From a virus: 64,000 nucleotides of DNA. The notes under the pieces are model-generated. The model was not told the DNA's origin and made no database searches. It was given only the letters and a program-made list of their open reading frames with translations. The stretch lies in IMG/VR virus record IMGVR_UViG_3300032315_000748; one strand, 5' to 3'. Position 1 is the stretch's first letter; each line of letters begins with the position of its first letter. A program made the translations under genes and the position numbers. Positions 35,101 through 46,000 of the stretch are shown here, one piece after another.

Positions 35101-38100
35101 TTTCAAGAGCATATGATTCATCACAACCAAATGATTTTAATTTAATTTTAGATGATATCTCAACAGATTTTACTGGAATTGCAGCAACTCAATTTGTATT
35201 GAAATCTAATGGAAATTCCGTTGTTGGTCTTTATACAAATACGAATGATAATACAGACATTAATAATAATCCAATTATTCTTATAAACAATGTATTCCAA
35301 GTTCCAGGAGTAGATTATTCAATTGACACTCCTGGAACTAACACAATCAAATTCTTATCTGGAATTCCAAATGCTGGAAAAATTGTTAACGTCGCAATTA
35401 CTACTGGATATGGTTATCAACCTCTTCTAGGAGCATCTGCAACAGCATCTGTTTCTGTTGGTGGAACTATAAATGCAATTACGATAAATGGCGCTGGAAG
35501 CGGTTATAGGACTCTCCCAAGCATTAGTATTGCATCTACTGTGGGATCTGGTGCTTCAATTACTTCAACCATTGGTGCTGGTGGAACAATAACAAATATT
35601 AATATTACCAATGGTGGTATTGGATATACGTCATCATCTCCAATTTATGTAAATATTGATCTTCCTCTTGGGTATAGTAATCTTGGAATTGCTTATACTA
35701 ATGGTTCAAGTGGATCTGGAATTAATGCAAAAGTTTCTGTTCAAGTTGGATCTGGTTCTAGTATTATTCAATTTAATTTAGATAATCCTGGTACTGCGTA
35801 TAAAGTTGGGGATATCCTCAAAGTAGTAGGTTTAACAACAAATCCAAATGCTGGAGCAACATTTGAAGAATTTAAAATTACAGTAACAGAAGTTTTAAAT
35901 GATAAATTTAGTGGATTCTATCCAGGACAGTTTATTTTCTTTGATGATTTTTCGCAATATTTCAACGATTCTCGCAAGAAATTCACTTTAACTCAAACTA
36001 AACTTGATGGAACCATAGAAGTAGTAGATTTAAAGAAATTGCCTGGTTCTGATTTGGATCTTCAGAATAATTTATTTGTATACTTAAATGATATACTTCA
36101 AGAACCAAATTATTCTTATACATTTACCGGAACAAGAATTGTATTTAATGAAGCACCAAAAGTGAATTCAAAATGTTCTGTTATATTCTATAGAGGTTCT
36201 TCGCTTGATGTGGAAACAATTACTCCACCAAAAACAATCAAAGAAGGAGATGTCATTGTAATTGGAGAAAATATTTACGATAATTTAGATAGAGAGCAAT
36301 TTGAAAGAGTGGTCAAACAAATAGTTTCTTCTGACCAACTTGATACTTATAATTACGATAGTATCGGAATCAACACAGATCCTAATAAGTTTAGACCTTT
36401 AAAATGGACCAAACAAACACAAGATAGAATAATTAAAGGTTCTTTGGTATCGAAAGCAAGACCAAGTTTAATATCAACAATTAGGCCAACAACTAGAATT
36501 ATAAACCAAGTAAATTCTACTGATACCTCAATATATGTAAATAATGCTTATCCTTTATTTACTGATGTTGACAATCTCACAGAATCAGATAGAAATGTAT
36601 TGATAATCGAAAGTAAAGATACAACAACGTCAATATCAACAGCAGTTGTATCGGTTTCTAGTACAATTTCTTCTATTGTCATATCAGATGGTGGCATAGG
36701 ATATGCTTCTACAACTTCGCCAAAAGTTTCAATATCTACAGTTTCGGTCCAAAGTAAAGATCCAATTTTAAATTGGACAATATCTAGTGGATTATCAACT
36801 AGTGCATCACTGTTATCTGTAGTTGTTTCGAATCCAATTGTAGCAGTTGGAAGTTTTGGAGTTGTTGCCATTACAACTGATGCTAAATCATTGCAATCAT
36901 TAACTAATATTGGATATGCAAAAACAATAACATTTAATTCTATTGGTGTTGGTTCTACAAATAAGTACATTGCTGTTGGCCAAGGCGGAAAAATTGTATC
37001 TGCAGTTGGTTTTGGGACTACGATATCTTCTTGGACCGAAATTGACAAGTATGAAGAAACTTCTGTATTTGGAATTATAACTAGATCTGCAAGTTCATAT
37101 ATTTCATCTTTATCTGATATTAAATACTCTACAACTTTAGATAAATGGTTTTCTGTTGGTTATTCTGGAGCAATTTTCTCTGCAGTTGGTGTAGGTAGTA
37201 CTTCATTCGTCAAAGTTCCTTCAAATACTTTAGAGAATTTGAATTCAATTGCATTTGGTAATATTATTGTTGCTGTTGGAAATAATGGTGCAATTATCAC
37301 TTCTGGAATTGGAACTTTCTGGAGTTCCAATAATGTGACATCACAAAATTTAAATAAAATAATTTGGACTGGAACAAGATTTGTAGTGGTTGGAAACAAT
37401 AGCACAATACTCATTTCTTATGATGGAAATAGTTGGAGTACTATAACACCAACTATTGTAGGATCTTTCTCAAATATTCATTATAATAATTCATATGATT
37501 TATATACATTATTAGATTCTAGTGGTATTTTGTATTATTCCAAAGATCTTCAAAATTGGATTCAAAGATCATCAAATCAATCAAATATACTAAAATCTAT
37601 TGATTATTCTTCAAGTTTGGACAGATATATTTCCGTTGGAATTGGTGCTACGATGATCTATTGTGATCCTGTTTATAATTTTGCTACAGCAACTTCAAAT
37701 ACGACATCTGGAATAATAACTTCAATTACAATAACAAATCCTGGATTTGGTTATAATTCAAACAATATACCAAAAATATTAATTGAACCAGAAAAAACAA
37801 AATTTGAAGAGGTAGTGTCAATTAAAGCAAAAGGTGATTTTGGAATTATTGTAGGAATTGATACTAGTGTTGGAACTGGATCTACTGTCCCTAAAATTAA
37901 ATTTAACTTGAAATCCGAAAATTACGATAATAGTACTTTAGGTATTGGTTATTCTTCTCTCAATACATACGGAGTAATATCTAGTGGAATTTCAATTGGA
38001 GATTATTTTATAATTTACAACAGTAACGTCCAATGTGGTCACGCTTTGACTGGTATTACTACAAGTTCTACTCCTTGGGTAGTCGTAGGAACTGCTAATA

Positions 38101-38399
38101 CATTTATTGATGGTGTTTATCGTGCAGAAAATGTGGAGTCCTCTGGGGTTGGAATTGTCACAGTAACTTGCAGTTTTAATCCTGGACCAGGATTGACTAA
38201 TTCAATTAATTTTGTAACAAATACACAATTAATAACAAATGGATTTTATGGAAATTATAGTTGGGGCAAAATATATGATTATCAAAATAGAGCACTTGGT
38301 TCACCAAAACAATTTACATTAAATGCAAATAATGGTTTGATTGGTCTTTCAACTTCCCCAGAAGTTACAAGAACTAGAGGATTATTTAAAAGTAAATAA
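26196..38399 (+). CDS. g7: giant baseplate wedge initiator gp7-like protein (4067 aa)
   Basis: Position between g6 and g8; SQIPEF, KDFYKAKGT..SFKLLF, YHYH-like HSPIIGWAYDGNPIYGPYG, DNNYYQKFSYSIK, HPSGFK.F. Confidence 0.8.
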   Translation: MSEIKRIKINHILDSQIPEFLNEESPLFQEFLTQYYISQEHQTGVVDLATNIQKYKSIQNFNQETLIDIQLPSVLLSNILSFDDVISVSHTIGYPDSYGLIKIDDEIITYTSKTSNSFLGCIRGFSGIDSLEKDNNSEFLNFSVTEASDHIQGSTLNNLSYIFFFEFFKKFKYQFLPGFEERNFTTGISLTNILSRAKDFYKAKGTDQSFKLLFSALYGKKVDVLKPQNYMLRPSDNNYLTTKNILVEKVSGGDPILLKGSTLNQYVSGIGTVSASIYNVEYRPIENKDLYEISLDSTSFTGNFETTGTTKIIEPTQSSASSITVDSTIGFAHSGALIARTTDLTTLNLRYTDKTNNQLLNISGLSTDLNFGNLIYEDKLAYSYIDTESSSLVEFRVINVIDNIDFENSSGLKKGDKISLSSFGANLFDNVNFNKWIYNIPTYHNIVGISTVSSNTYRVVLEDNIKFYKNDKIYITDSTDISATVTEIESDNQIIVDSDISVNTSNVIRIKKQVSKANSDYFGSASSINGLIQNTYIDKDEKYSYVASSGFPNYKFTSTDTKIIVSTVGTGQTSILYASNHNLLTGDKIYYNSSSSGITTGYYFVKKIDENSISLSYSNTDLFVNKYISLNSGITSDYIYKFGYENKTIKDQKFLRKFNLQENINYFDKKEDRTTFNRRIGLLINGVDLYSPTLFDENIYYGKLDSILITNKGSNYDVINSPEIVITDTSGNGAKAKLILSGSLKEVKINSPGIGYDRKPKITLIGGNGNGAILESNLVRSRIIAKFRADLTAINTALETITFIDNHNFDNYEEVTYYTNGNSIVPGLIDNANYFVNVINSKTIKLHKNRVDVLSGINTVNITGISSGFHEFRTLKSKNTITKVYVKNEGSNYSNRFVNIPSNLYPSLDYQTSGISTFDNYIYAKQHGFKDGDLVLYSNTNTSISGLSTNIQYCVTTIDENKFKLSDVGIGTTSSNSNYINKKYINLESLGIGTHTFAYPPIQIQIETTSAIGSSSIVTPILTPVVLGSAENVYIEDGGVSYGCSDILNYHRRPYVGLSSISSALLKPVIINGAITDVQIIYGGFGYDNGTKIEIYGDGKYADLKPIITNGSITSFIVVDSGVGYSSSNTTLNAIRRGKDLQFIANVFEWKINQIERNKNLISYYSGDDETITYPNIDQNLELGVINFYLPRQLRKNINDNIQDNNQEILNDFKHSPIIGWAYDGNPIYGPYGYTSLTDKTVKIISTSYNKKSISSSLLRPSSFVNGFFVQDYQYDASEDLDEYNGRFCITPEYPYGTYAYFATYDLISGQLHPKYPYIVSSYFKDTPIFENFDPSFTQDVSISKYNLTRNIGNYFLDSTNSGYEILEKTSSSLKQEFYVNQIKKSGISSIFIDSSGDGYNVGDLINFNKAQEGTGISAEISRLKGKPISNMVVGVTTFSDVIFGSRGNIIIGITSYPHSLLNGDKVVISGVSTVSLSQLEGTKTIFVTQKTTGLTTSLQNSSTTGLSTNIKVTDTFGFEINDSIGIGTETMTITGIVPETSQLLVNRSASGGIHTAGIENVILLSNKFQFAETDPIPTALPENKMIYFDPTNTIGFGLSGTNYAVVGIGTSTIVNRFVPTKSIYIPNHKFYTGQQLIYNYSAGIGLSVYDSPSNVFSLVQNQTIYAVNYGNDYLGISTIGFTSSVGIGTTLNSLLFAYNSAVGYSHSIRSTYQTVTARVESYSGIVTTSQNHNLLDGDKIKFTIIPSRSENISFRFDAKNKKITTNLIGFSASSVSFGNTSTINLGTNNLKSGDKVIYYSGTSPIGGLVDNSAYYVLKQNPNKIQLCQYAYDVKVGAALSFVNSGVGTHNIALINPPLSFSKGNQIIFDISDSSLTDTKLEFYTDPTFKKKFEIDKKEINNFAITRSNSSVIIETNNRNIPPVLYYNFTATTLTNADKLQLSSDDEVIGHNKIDIRSSILSSEQSIIGIGVSSFKFNLDQKPEYTAYTQVLGISSVFYDTNSKNTSGPISQIRINSYGKSYEILPSISSIGSTSGSSAILYPISKEIGKVLSFDRVKDGFDYPTDPTMLPQLSVPAVCIIKEISRVNSVGILTGGKKYNTPPRLKVIGNDELKLTAGIQGGSVNTVSIDTNSFNLKDPLRIVPYNNSNGYEIDNIYTNNLTGLGTIELVNDPTQFPYISTGYGSSISIFPFEVGDQIFIEKCRLSVGTASSANYNSRNYGYNFFIVTGINTTNKTLDYSMVGLQTGKFGTYNQDLTLGYVVNRKDMPEFEMKLIDDAEYFSGEKVSSTNFSAKVMENGWDNDINQLRMIDAKGTLNPGDNLYGEISKLNGVVKFVSQFNLPASLGVTRDKIHNLNDNIGYLNDFQQRISDNNYYQKFSYSIKGEVPYSTWKESVKSIIHPSGFKEFSDLDIIGVATTEPVNLGIAKSTNMKVNISSSEPSLLVEIDNLSSLYTKNNFSMVYEDDMLDDGSVERVYFPQGIALKSYILNKTNKVLQIDDISSQFTGITSTIGGSVVGLSSFKLTSSGYPLFYKEFVGSASTVIDLINDKFTIPNHGFQSGQQITYNSGVGSTIGIATTSYAQGPLDVIMAVGAGIGSAIYENGYNQYVPYSGIVTGISTTLVPAGPSIQYFGFGTPIPSTVNTGIGTGALFQVLINYNAGTGIPIGTSIQLIDGGRGYSVGQQISIAGTYIGGSTPTNNLYFTISKVSSTRTGIANASYVSVASSSSGTGTGARFDVYRDSNKDISLVNVIEGGVGYASTDQIIIAGGDIGGSAPADNLYLSPIILGTKKLPTNLFVRKIDVNNFQLSGLSTTISSPFDLISLGSGTQSFSLQESNQNVIISVDSIIQSAIHRKNITIGLSSSVGIASTSIYVSSGINSITASDILKIDNEYLKINSIGIGSTNSINVTRSFMGSVAIAHTIGAAVTVYTGDFNIVKDSIYFSTPPYGPAIASTDPQFATFSSFNGRVFSRAYDSSQPNDFNLILDDISTDFTGIAATQFVLKSNGNSVVGLYTNTNDNTDINNNPIILINNVFQVPGVDYSIDTPGTNTIKFLSGIPNAGKIVNVAITTGYGYQPLLGASATASVSVGGTINAITINGAGSGYRTLPSISIASTVGSGASITSTIGAGGTITNINITNGGIGYTSSSPIYVNIDLPLGYSNLGIAYTNGSSGSGINAKVSVQVGSGSSIIQFNLDNPGTAYKVGDILKVVGLTTNPNAGATFEEFKITVTEVLNDKFSGFYPGQFIFFDDFSQYFNDSRKKFTLTQTKLDGTIEVVDLKKLPGSDLDLQNNLFVYLNDILQEPNYSYTFTGTRIVFNEAPKVNSKCSVIFYRGSSLDVETITPPKTIKEGDVIVIGENIYDNLDREQFERVVKQIVSSDQLDTYNYDSIGINTDPNKFRPLKWTKQTQDRIIKGSLVSKARPSLISTIRPTTRIINQVNSTDTSIYVNNAYPLFTDVDNLTESDRNVLIIESKDTTTSISTAVVSVSSTISSIVISDGGIGYASTTSPKVSISTVSVQSKDPILNWTISSGLSTSASLLSVVVSNPIVAVGSFGVVAITTDAKSLQSLTNIGYAKTITFNSIGVGSTNKYIAVGQGGKIVSAVGFGTTISSWTEIDKYEETSVFGIITRSASSYISSLSDIKYSTTLDKWFSVGYSGAIFSAVGVGSTSFVKVPSNTLENLNSIAFGNIIVAVGNNGAIITSGIGTFWSSNNVTSQNLNKIIWTGTRFVVVGNNSTILISYDGNSWSTITPTIVGSFSNIHYNNSYDLYTLLDSSGILYYSKDLQNWIQRSSNQSNILKSIDYSSSLDRYISVGIGATMIYCDPVYNFATATSNTTSGIITSITITNPGFGYNSNNIPKILIEPEKTKFEEVVSIKAKGDFGIIVGIDTSVGTGSTVPKIKFNLKSENYDNSTLGIGYSSLNTYGVISSGISIGDYFIIYNSNVQCGHALTGITTSSTPWVVVGTANTFIDGVYRAENVESSGVGIVTVTCSFNPGPGLTNSINFVTNTQLITNGFYGNYSWGKIYDYQNRALGSPKQFTLNANNGLIGLSTSPEVTRTRGLFKSK

Positions 38400-38422
38400 A
38401 TAAAGATAAACATTCAGTAAAA

Positions 38423-40006
38423 ATGCCTGCTATTATATCTGACCAATTTAGAATATTAAATGCTGAAACTTTCGTGAAAAGTTTTATTGGTGTAGGTCAA
38501 ACTTTAAATAGATATTATACTTTTATAGGTCAACCGAATTCCACAAATCCACTTGCTGGTGGTTCTTCTTCTTGGGGGACAGGACCATCTCCTTTAGATG
38601 GATTTAAGGAAGAAAATGACATTAAAGATACTATAATTGCAATGAAGCAAATCACTACAGACGATGTTCGTAGAATGATCAGAAAAGTCACTTGGACTGC
38701 AGGAACAACTTATGAAATGTATAAAAATAATTACAATATTTACAATTTAACTCCAGTAACTAATCAATCAAGTTTATACGAATCAAATTATTATGTATTA
38801 AATGAAGATTTAAGAGTTTATATTTGTATCCAAAATGGATCAAATCCAGAAAATCCCACAGGAAGACCATCATATGACCAACCAACTTTTATTGATTTAG
38901 AACCAAGAGCTGCAGGAACTAGTGGTGATGGTTATGTGTGGAAATATCTTTATACTATTAAACCATCAGAGATTGTAAAATTTGATTCAATTGAATTTAT
39001 TCCAGTTCCTGAAAATTGGGGAACATCGGGAGAAAGTATAGCAACTCAATCAAATGCTATAGATGGAAAAATTAATTCAGTAATAATAAATCAAAGAGGG
39101 GTTGGGTATAATCCAACCTCGTCTACATTTACAAATATTCCAATTTTAGGTGATGGAAATGGTGGAAAAGTTACAGTAACAACAGATTCTTTTGGAAAAG
39201 TTTCTGAAGTTTATGTTACCAATGGTGGTCAGGGATATACTTATGGATCTATCCAATTTTACCCTGGAGCACCAGGAATAACATCATCATTGACTAATGT
39301 TGGTGTTGGTGCGACTTCCTTTGCTACTTTTGATGTGATCATTCCACCAAAAGGTGGTCATGGATATGACATTTATAGAGAACTTGGTGCATATCGTGTT
39401 CTTGTATATTCCAGATATGAAACTTTAGAATCAAATCCAGATATAATTACAGGAAACGATTTTTCAAGAGTTGGAATTATTAAAAATCCACTTACACTCG
39501 GAAGCAATACGCAACTTTTGAATACATCTTTGATAAGTGGTCTTAGTGCAATTAAATTTACTGGTTCGGCAACTACTGCTACTACTTATGCTGTAGATTC
39601 TGTCATTACCCAAACTGTTGGTGTTGGATCTACAGCAATTGGTTTTGTTGCATCTTGGGATAATGTTACTGGAGTTTTAAAATATTATCAACCAGTAGGA
39701 TTATCTACAATCGGTGTTGGGTATAAAATAAATCAATTTACTTCATCCCCTTCTTCTGGTGGAAGTTTACTTATAAATGGTTCTTCAATGAATGGCACAA
39801 CACCACTATCAATTGATAGTGGATTTAGTGGTGTATCTACTGCAATATACAATAGAACATATCAATTAGGAATGACATTCAATGCAGGTATTGCATCTGC
39901 AGAATATAATAAAAGGTCCGGTGAGGTCATATACATAGATAATAGATCAGCAATCCCGAGATCTTCCAGCCAAAAAGAAGATATTAAAATTGTATTGGAA
40001 TTCTAA
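38423..40006 (+). CDS. g8: baseplate wedge subunit gp8
   Basis: MPAIISDQFRILNA, VYICI.NG, DGYVWKYLYTI, PPKGGHG.DIY.ELGA, SGEVIYIDNR....RS..QKEDIKIVLEF. Confidence 0.9.
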   Translation: MPAIISDQFRILNAETFVKSFIGVGQTLNRYYTFIGQPNSTNPLAGGSSSWGTGPSPLDGFKEENDIKDTIIAMKQITTDDVRRMIRKVTWTAGTTYEMYKNNYNIYNLTPVTNQSSLYESNYYVLNEDLRVYICIQNGSNPENPTGRPSYDQPTFIDLEPRAAGTSGDGYVWKYLYTIKPSEIVKFDSIEFIPVPENWGTSGESIATQSNAIDGKINSVIINQRGVGYNPTSSTFTNIPILGDGNGGKVTVTTDSFGKVSEVYVTNGGQGYTYGSIQFYPGAPGITSSLTNVGVGATSFATFDVIIPPKGGHGYDIYRELGAYRVLVYSRYETLESNPDIITGNDFSRVGIIKNPLTLGSNTQLLNTSLISGLSAIKFTGSATTATTYAVDSVITQTVGVGSTAIGFVASWDNVTGVLKYYQPVGLSTIGVGYKINQFTSSPSSGGSLLINGSSMNGTTPLSIDSGFSGVSTAIYNRTYQLGMTFNAGIASAEYNKRSGEVIYIDNRSAIPRSSSQKEDIKIVLEF

Positions 40007-40012
40007 AAGAAA

Positions 40013-43000
40013 ATGCCACAAAACACTAATTTAAATGTATCTCCATATTTTGATGATTTTTCTGATTCGAAAAATTATCAAAGAGTTTTATTTAAACCTG
40101 GGACTCCAATACAGGCTAGAGAATTAACAACTCTACAATCAATTTTACAAAATCAAATTGAAAAATTTGGCAAAAACCTTTTTAAAGAAGGTTCGATGGT
40201 TATTCCTGGTCAAATTGCATATGATCCAGAATATACTTGCGTTCAAATTGATGAAGTTCATTTAGGTATTCCAATTTCTCTCTATGTTGAGAGTCTTTTG
40301 GGAAAATTGATTCAAGGGGAAACCAGTGGAGTTAAAGCAAAAGTAGAAAATTATATCACCAGTTCAGAATCAGAAAGAAATACATATACTCTTTATATTA
40401 AATATCAAAGTTCCAGTGATAGTGATTTTTTATCAAAAACATTTGTTGATGGTGAGAATTTAATTGCATTAGAAGATATTTCATACTCTTTATCTTCAAT
40501 AAGATCTGGTTCTACATTTGCGACATCCATTCTTACAAATTCAACTTCTATTGGATCTGCCGCTAAAATTGTATCTGGGGTATATTTTATTCGTGGTTTC
40601 TTTATAACTGTAAATTCGGAAACAGTTGTATTGGACCAATATACCAATAGTCCAAGTTATAGAGTTGGTTTATTAGTTAATGAAGAAATTGTTGTGGCAT
40701 CAAATGAATATTCTGATTTATTTGATAACGCTCAAGGATTTTCAAATTATGCTGCTCCAGGAGCAGATAGATTAAAAATATCTACATCATTGATCAAAAA
40801 AAGTATTAATGATTTCAATGATGAAAATTTTATTGAATTATTAAGAGTAGAAGATGGATCACTACAAAAATTTGTAAAAGAAACAAATTATAACTTAATT
40901 CGTGATGAACTTGCAAAAAGAACTTATGATGAATCGGGAGATTATTATATAACCCCATTTGATATTACACCAAAAGAATGTCTAAATGATAGAATAGGAA
41001 ATAATGGTATATATTTTGAAAATCAAGTAACAAAACAAGGAAATCCAGTATCTAAAGATTTACTCTGTTTATCAGTAAGTCCAGGAAAAGCATACGTTAG
41101 GGGTTATGAAGTTGAAACTATTAATAATACTATTATTGATTTAAATAAACCAAGAACTACTGATAATGATTACAATCAAGCAATTCCATTTAATCTAGGA
41201 AGACAAATCAATTTAAATAATGTAACTGGGACACTTCCAGTTGGATTTGGAACAACTTCATATGTTAATTTATACAATGGAAGAACTGGAATTGCTGGTA
41301 TTTCTTCCGGAACTCAAATTGGTGTTGCTAGAGTATATGATTTGAAATTAAAAAATAGTGTTTATGTAGATAATACAACACAATTTGAAACTTCTTTATA
41401 TGATATTCAAACTTATACAAATCTTACATTAAATACATCATTAACACAATCCATTCCTGCATTTATTCAAGGAAATAGTAGTGGAGCAAGTGGTTATCTT
41501 GTAAATAGTATTTCTTCATCTAATATTTTAACTTTATATCAAGTTTCTGGTTCATTTGCAAATAATGAAACTATTAATATAAATGGAAATACTAATGTGA
41601 GAACAGTTATTGGGGTTAGAGATTATAATTTCTCCGATATTCATCAAATAGTTGGAAATGGAGTAAGTTTTACTGCAGATCCAGTACTTTCAAATCAATC
41701 ATATATTTCACAACCAGGAACAGTATTTACAATTTCAATTGCATCTGCTGGTATCAGTACAATTACTACTACTGATCAGAATTTTTATGTTGGCATAAAC
41801 ACTGGAGATATTATTTCATATGCAAAACAAGGGGATACCCTTCCAACATATAATCAAGTATATCAAGTTAGCTCATCAGCAAAAAGTATTCAAATTGTAG
41901 CATTGCCTTCCATTTCTGGTGTTTGTGTTGGAACATTGCCAACATCCACATTCACAAATACTGATATTAGAAAATCTACTCTTGATGTTTTAAATACAAC
42001 AAATGTTTCATTATATTCTAAATTAAATAAATCAAATATTTCAAATTTAACATTAACTGGTTCTGATATTACAATTAAGAGAAGTTATAATGTAACTATA
42101 ACTAATGGTGCAGCAACTCAAGTACTTGAAACGGATGTTAATTTAACTTTATTGCCATTTAATGAGCAGGATTATAATTTAGCATTTGCTAATGGAACTG
42201 TAGAATCACTAAGCGATCAGAAATTAACTGTTTCCGGAAGAACTATTAGTTTGCAGAATATTAGCCAAAATGGATCTGCCGTTTTAACTGTTAGCTTCAA
42301 TAAAATTAATGCATCCACTAAAAAGAAAATTTTCAATAGATGCACATCATTAATTGTAGATAAATCAACATCTCAAGGATCTGGAATTGGATCTACTACT
42401 TTCAATGATGGATTATCATACAGTCAAATATATGGAACCAGAGTACAAGATAGAGAGATTTCCCTAAATGTTCCTGATGTGTCAAATATTATTGCAATTA
42501 TTGAATCTTCCACCTCTGGAGATCCATCGCTATCATACTTGCAACTTATAAATTTATCTTCTAATATTTTAAATTCCGTAACAGGAGAACTAATTGTAGG
42601 AACAAATAGTAAAGCTGTAGCAACATTAGTTTCATCCACTGGAACAAATCAAATTGATATTGTTTATTTAAATGAGAATATATTTACTATTGGGGAACTT
42701 GTCACATTCCAAGAATCAAAAATACAAGCAACAATAACAACAGTATTTCCTGGTGATAAAAACATCAAAAATAATTTTATTTTTGATGATGGACAAAGAT
42801 CCGAATATTTGGATTATTCTAGAATCATAAGAAAGCCAAATAATTCCTCCCCAACTAGAAAAATTAAAATAATTTTCAATAATTATACGATCAATTCTTC
42901 CGACAATGGTGATTTTGTTGGAGTAAATTCATATGACAAAGATCGTTATGATGATTATATTCCATCAGTTGATGGGAAAAGAGTTACTGATCTTTTAGAC

Positions 43001-46000
43001 TGCAGACCAAGAGTTTCTCAATTTAATAGTTTAGTTGCATCGCCATTTGAATTTAAATCAAGAATCTTCCAGAATACAAATGGATCTGCAACTGATATTT
43101 TTGCTAAAAATAAAAATATTAATCTTTCATATGATTATTATTTACCAAGAATAGATAGAATCTTTTTAGATAAAGATGGCGCATTTATTGTCAATAAAGG
43201 AATTCCTTCCCTTTCGCCAAAAGTTCCCAATAGTCTAGATTCATCATTAGAAATTGGAACTGTATATTTACCTGCATATTTATTTGATGCCTCTAGTGTC
43301 AAAATATCTTTAACAACACACAAAAGATATAGAATGCAGGATATTTCTAGTTTAGATAGAAGAATTACCAATATAGAATACTACACTTCACTATCTTTAC
43401 TTGAAACTGATACTCAAAATTTAACAATAAGAGATTCTACTACTCAACTTGATAGATTCAAATGTGGTTTTTTTGTAGATAATTTCAAATCTTCCAATGG
43501 TGGAGATATTTCAAATCGTTTATATAAATCTAGTATTGATAAAGATGCGGGAACATTAAATCCACAACCATATTCAACAAGTATTGATCTTCTTATTGGT
43601 TCAGAATCAATACTTGGAATAGGGACAACATCAAATGTAGATGCAGATTTGAGATTTGTGAATGATCTAGGATCACCAAATCTAACAAGAGTTGGTGATG
43701 TTGTATGTTTAAAATATTCTGATGTTGAATATGTGAAAAATCCATATGCAACAAGAACTGAAAATGTAAACCCATTTAATGTTGTGAATTGGATAGGAAC
43801 AATACAGTTGAGTCCTTCTTCAGATACTTGGGTAGAAACAAGAAAAACTGAAAAAATATCTGACATTGAAGGATCTTATAGTTCTGCTATTCAGCAATTG
43901 GGAGTTGATACCAATACTGGTCTTTCTCCAGTTGATTGGGGATCTTGGGAAACAACTTGGACTGGAGCACAAGCAACAAATGGTCCAGCATTATTCACAC
44001 AGCAGACTGGATCCACTTTAACCTCTTCAACTGATTGGGTTGCTACTTCTGGATTGTGGCAATCTCGCAATCCCGAAAATGGTGCGATGATGCAAAGTCA
44101 AGATAGAACTACTACTTATGAAGATAGTTTTATTAATTTTTCAAATCAAACTACAATTACATCAAGAAATCAGACTAGACAGGGAATACAATATGGAGTT
44201 AACCAAAGATTTGATACAACAAATCTTGGTGATAGAGTAGTTTCTAGAGATATCTTGACTTATATGAGATCAAGAAATATTGAAGTTATTGCAAAAAGAC
44301 TAAAACCAAATAGTCAATTTTATGCATTCTTTGATAATGTTGATATGACAAATTATATCATCCCCAAACTTCTAGAAGTTTCAATGATAAGTGGAACATT
44401 TTCTGTTGGGGAAACTGTTATAGGAATTTTGGGATCAAAATCAATCAAATTTAGATTAGCAACTCAAAATCATAAGTATGGACCATATAATACTCCATTT
44501 GAATATTACACAATTAATCCATATGATGTATCAAGCACAATTTCATCAAGTTATTCTTCAACTACTGGATTATTAAATGTTGATACTGCAAGCTTAGAAT
44601 TGCAATCAAATTCTAGTTTCTATGGATGTATTTCTAATGGAATGCGTTTAATTGGACAAACTAGTGGAGCAATTGCAGATATAAGAAATATTAGATTAAT
44701 TAGTGATAATTCTGGATCTTTTATTGGATCATTATTCATACCTGACCCAACTTCACCATCAACTCCAGTATTTACTACAGGAAATAAAACATTCACACTC
44801 ACTACAAGTTCAACCAATTCTACAATTTCTGGATTTGCTCAAAGTTCTGCAGAAACTAATTTTTCATCAAGTGGGACATTGGACAATGTGGAATCAACTA
44901 CACTTCGTATTCGCAATGCAAATATTTCCAGAGATGTAAAAACTGATGACAGAAAGACATCAGAAACAGATACAAGACTTGTAGCAAGTACATCATTTAT
45001 AAACAGAACTGTAACTCAAACTAGATGGGTAGATCCACTTGCAGAATCATTTGAAGTAGCAGATCCAAATGGAGTATATCTAACAAAATGTGATATTTTC
45101 TTCAAGTCAAAATCCACAAATAATCTTCCAGTTACTTTACAAGTAAGAACAATGAGTACTGGTTTGCCAACACAAACCATTTTACCATTCGCAGAAGTTA
45201 TTTTAGAACCAGATAAAGTTTTTATTTCAAATGATTCTTCCGTTCCAACTACTTTTACATTCCCATCTCCTGTCTACCTTGAAACCGCAAATTCATATGC
45301 AATTGTTCTTCTCTCTGCTTCAGATGAGTACAATGTTTGGATCTCAAGAATGACTGAAACTGATGTTTCAACTTTAACTAGACCAGAAGCAGAGAGAATT
45401 GTAGTAGCGCAACAACCACTTCTTGGTTCTCTATTCAAATCTCAAAATGGTTCTACTTGGGATGCAAGCCAACTTGAAGATTTGAAGATGACACTTTATC
45501 GTGCAAATTTTGTAACAAGTTCTGCATCTGTAAGATTCTATAATCCAAGTTTAGATATTGGAAATAACCAAATTGCAGCATTGAGACCAAATCCAATTCA
45601 AATGTATTCCAAATCAAGTTTGGTTGGAATTGGAACTAGTATTTCTGCTGCCGATCAAGCAAATCTAATTAATGGAGTTCAAATTTTACAGAAAAATAAT
45701 TCCAATTTCTCTGGAAAATTAAGATCAGTTTTGGGTGGTATTAGTACTGGAGCGACTGGAACATTATCAATAACAAATCCGGGAAGTGGATATACGAGTG
45801 GATCTACCACATTCCAAAATAAAAATTTAGTTGCCGTGAGTGGATATGGTCAAGGTGCTAAAGCAAATCTTACCGTAATTGGTGGTGTTGCAGTAGCTGC
45901 GACAGTTTCAGTTGGTGGAACTGGTTATGCAATTGGTGATGTTTTAAGTATTGCTTCTACTGATACCGGAAGTCTTGGAAAAAATCTTCTCATTACAATT

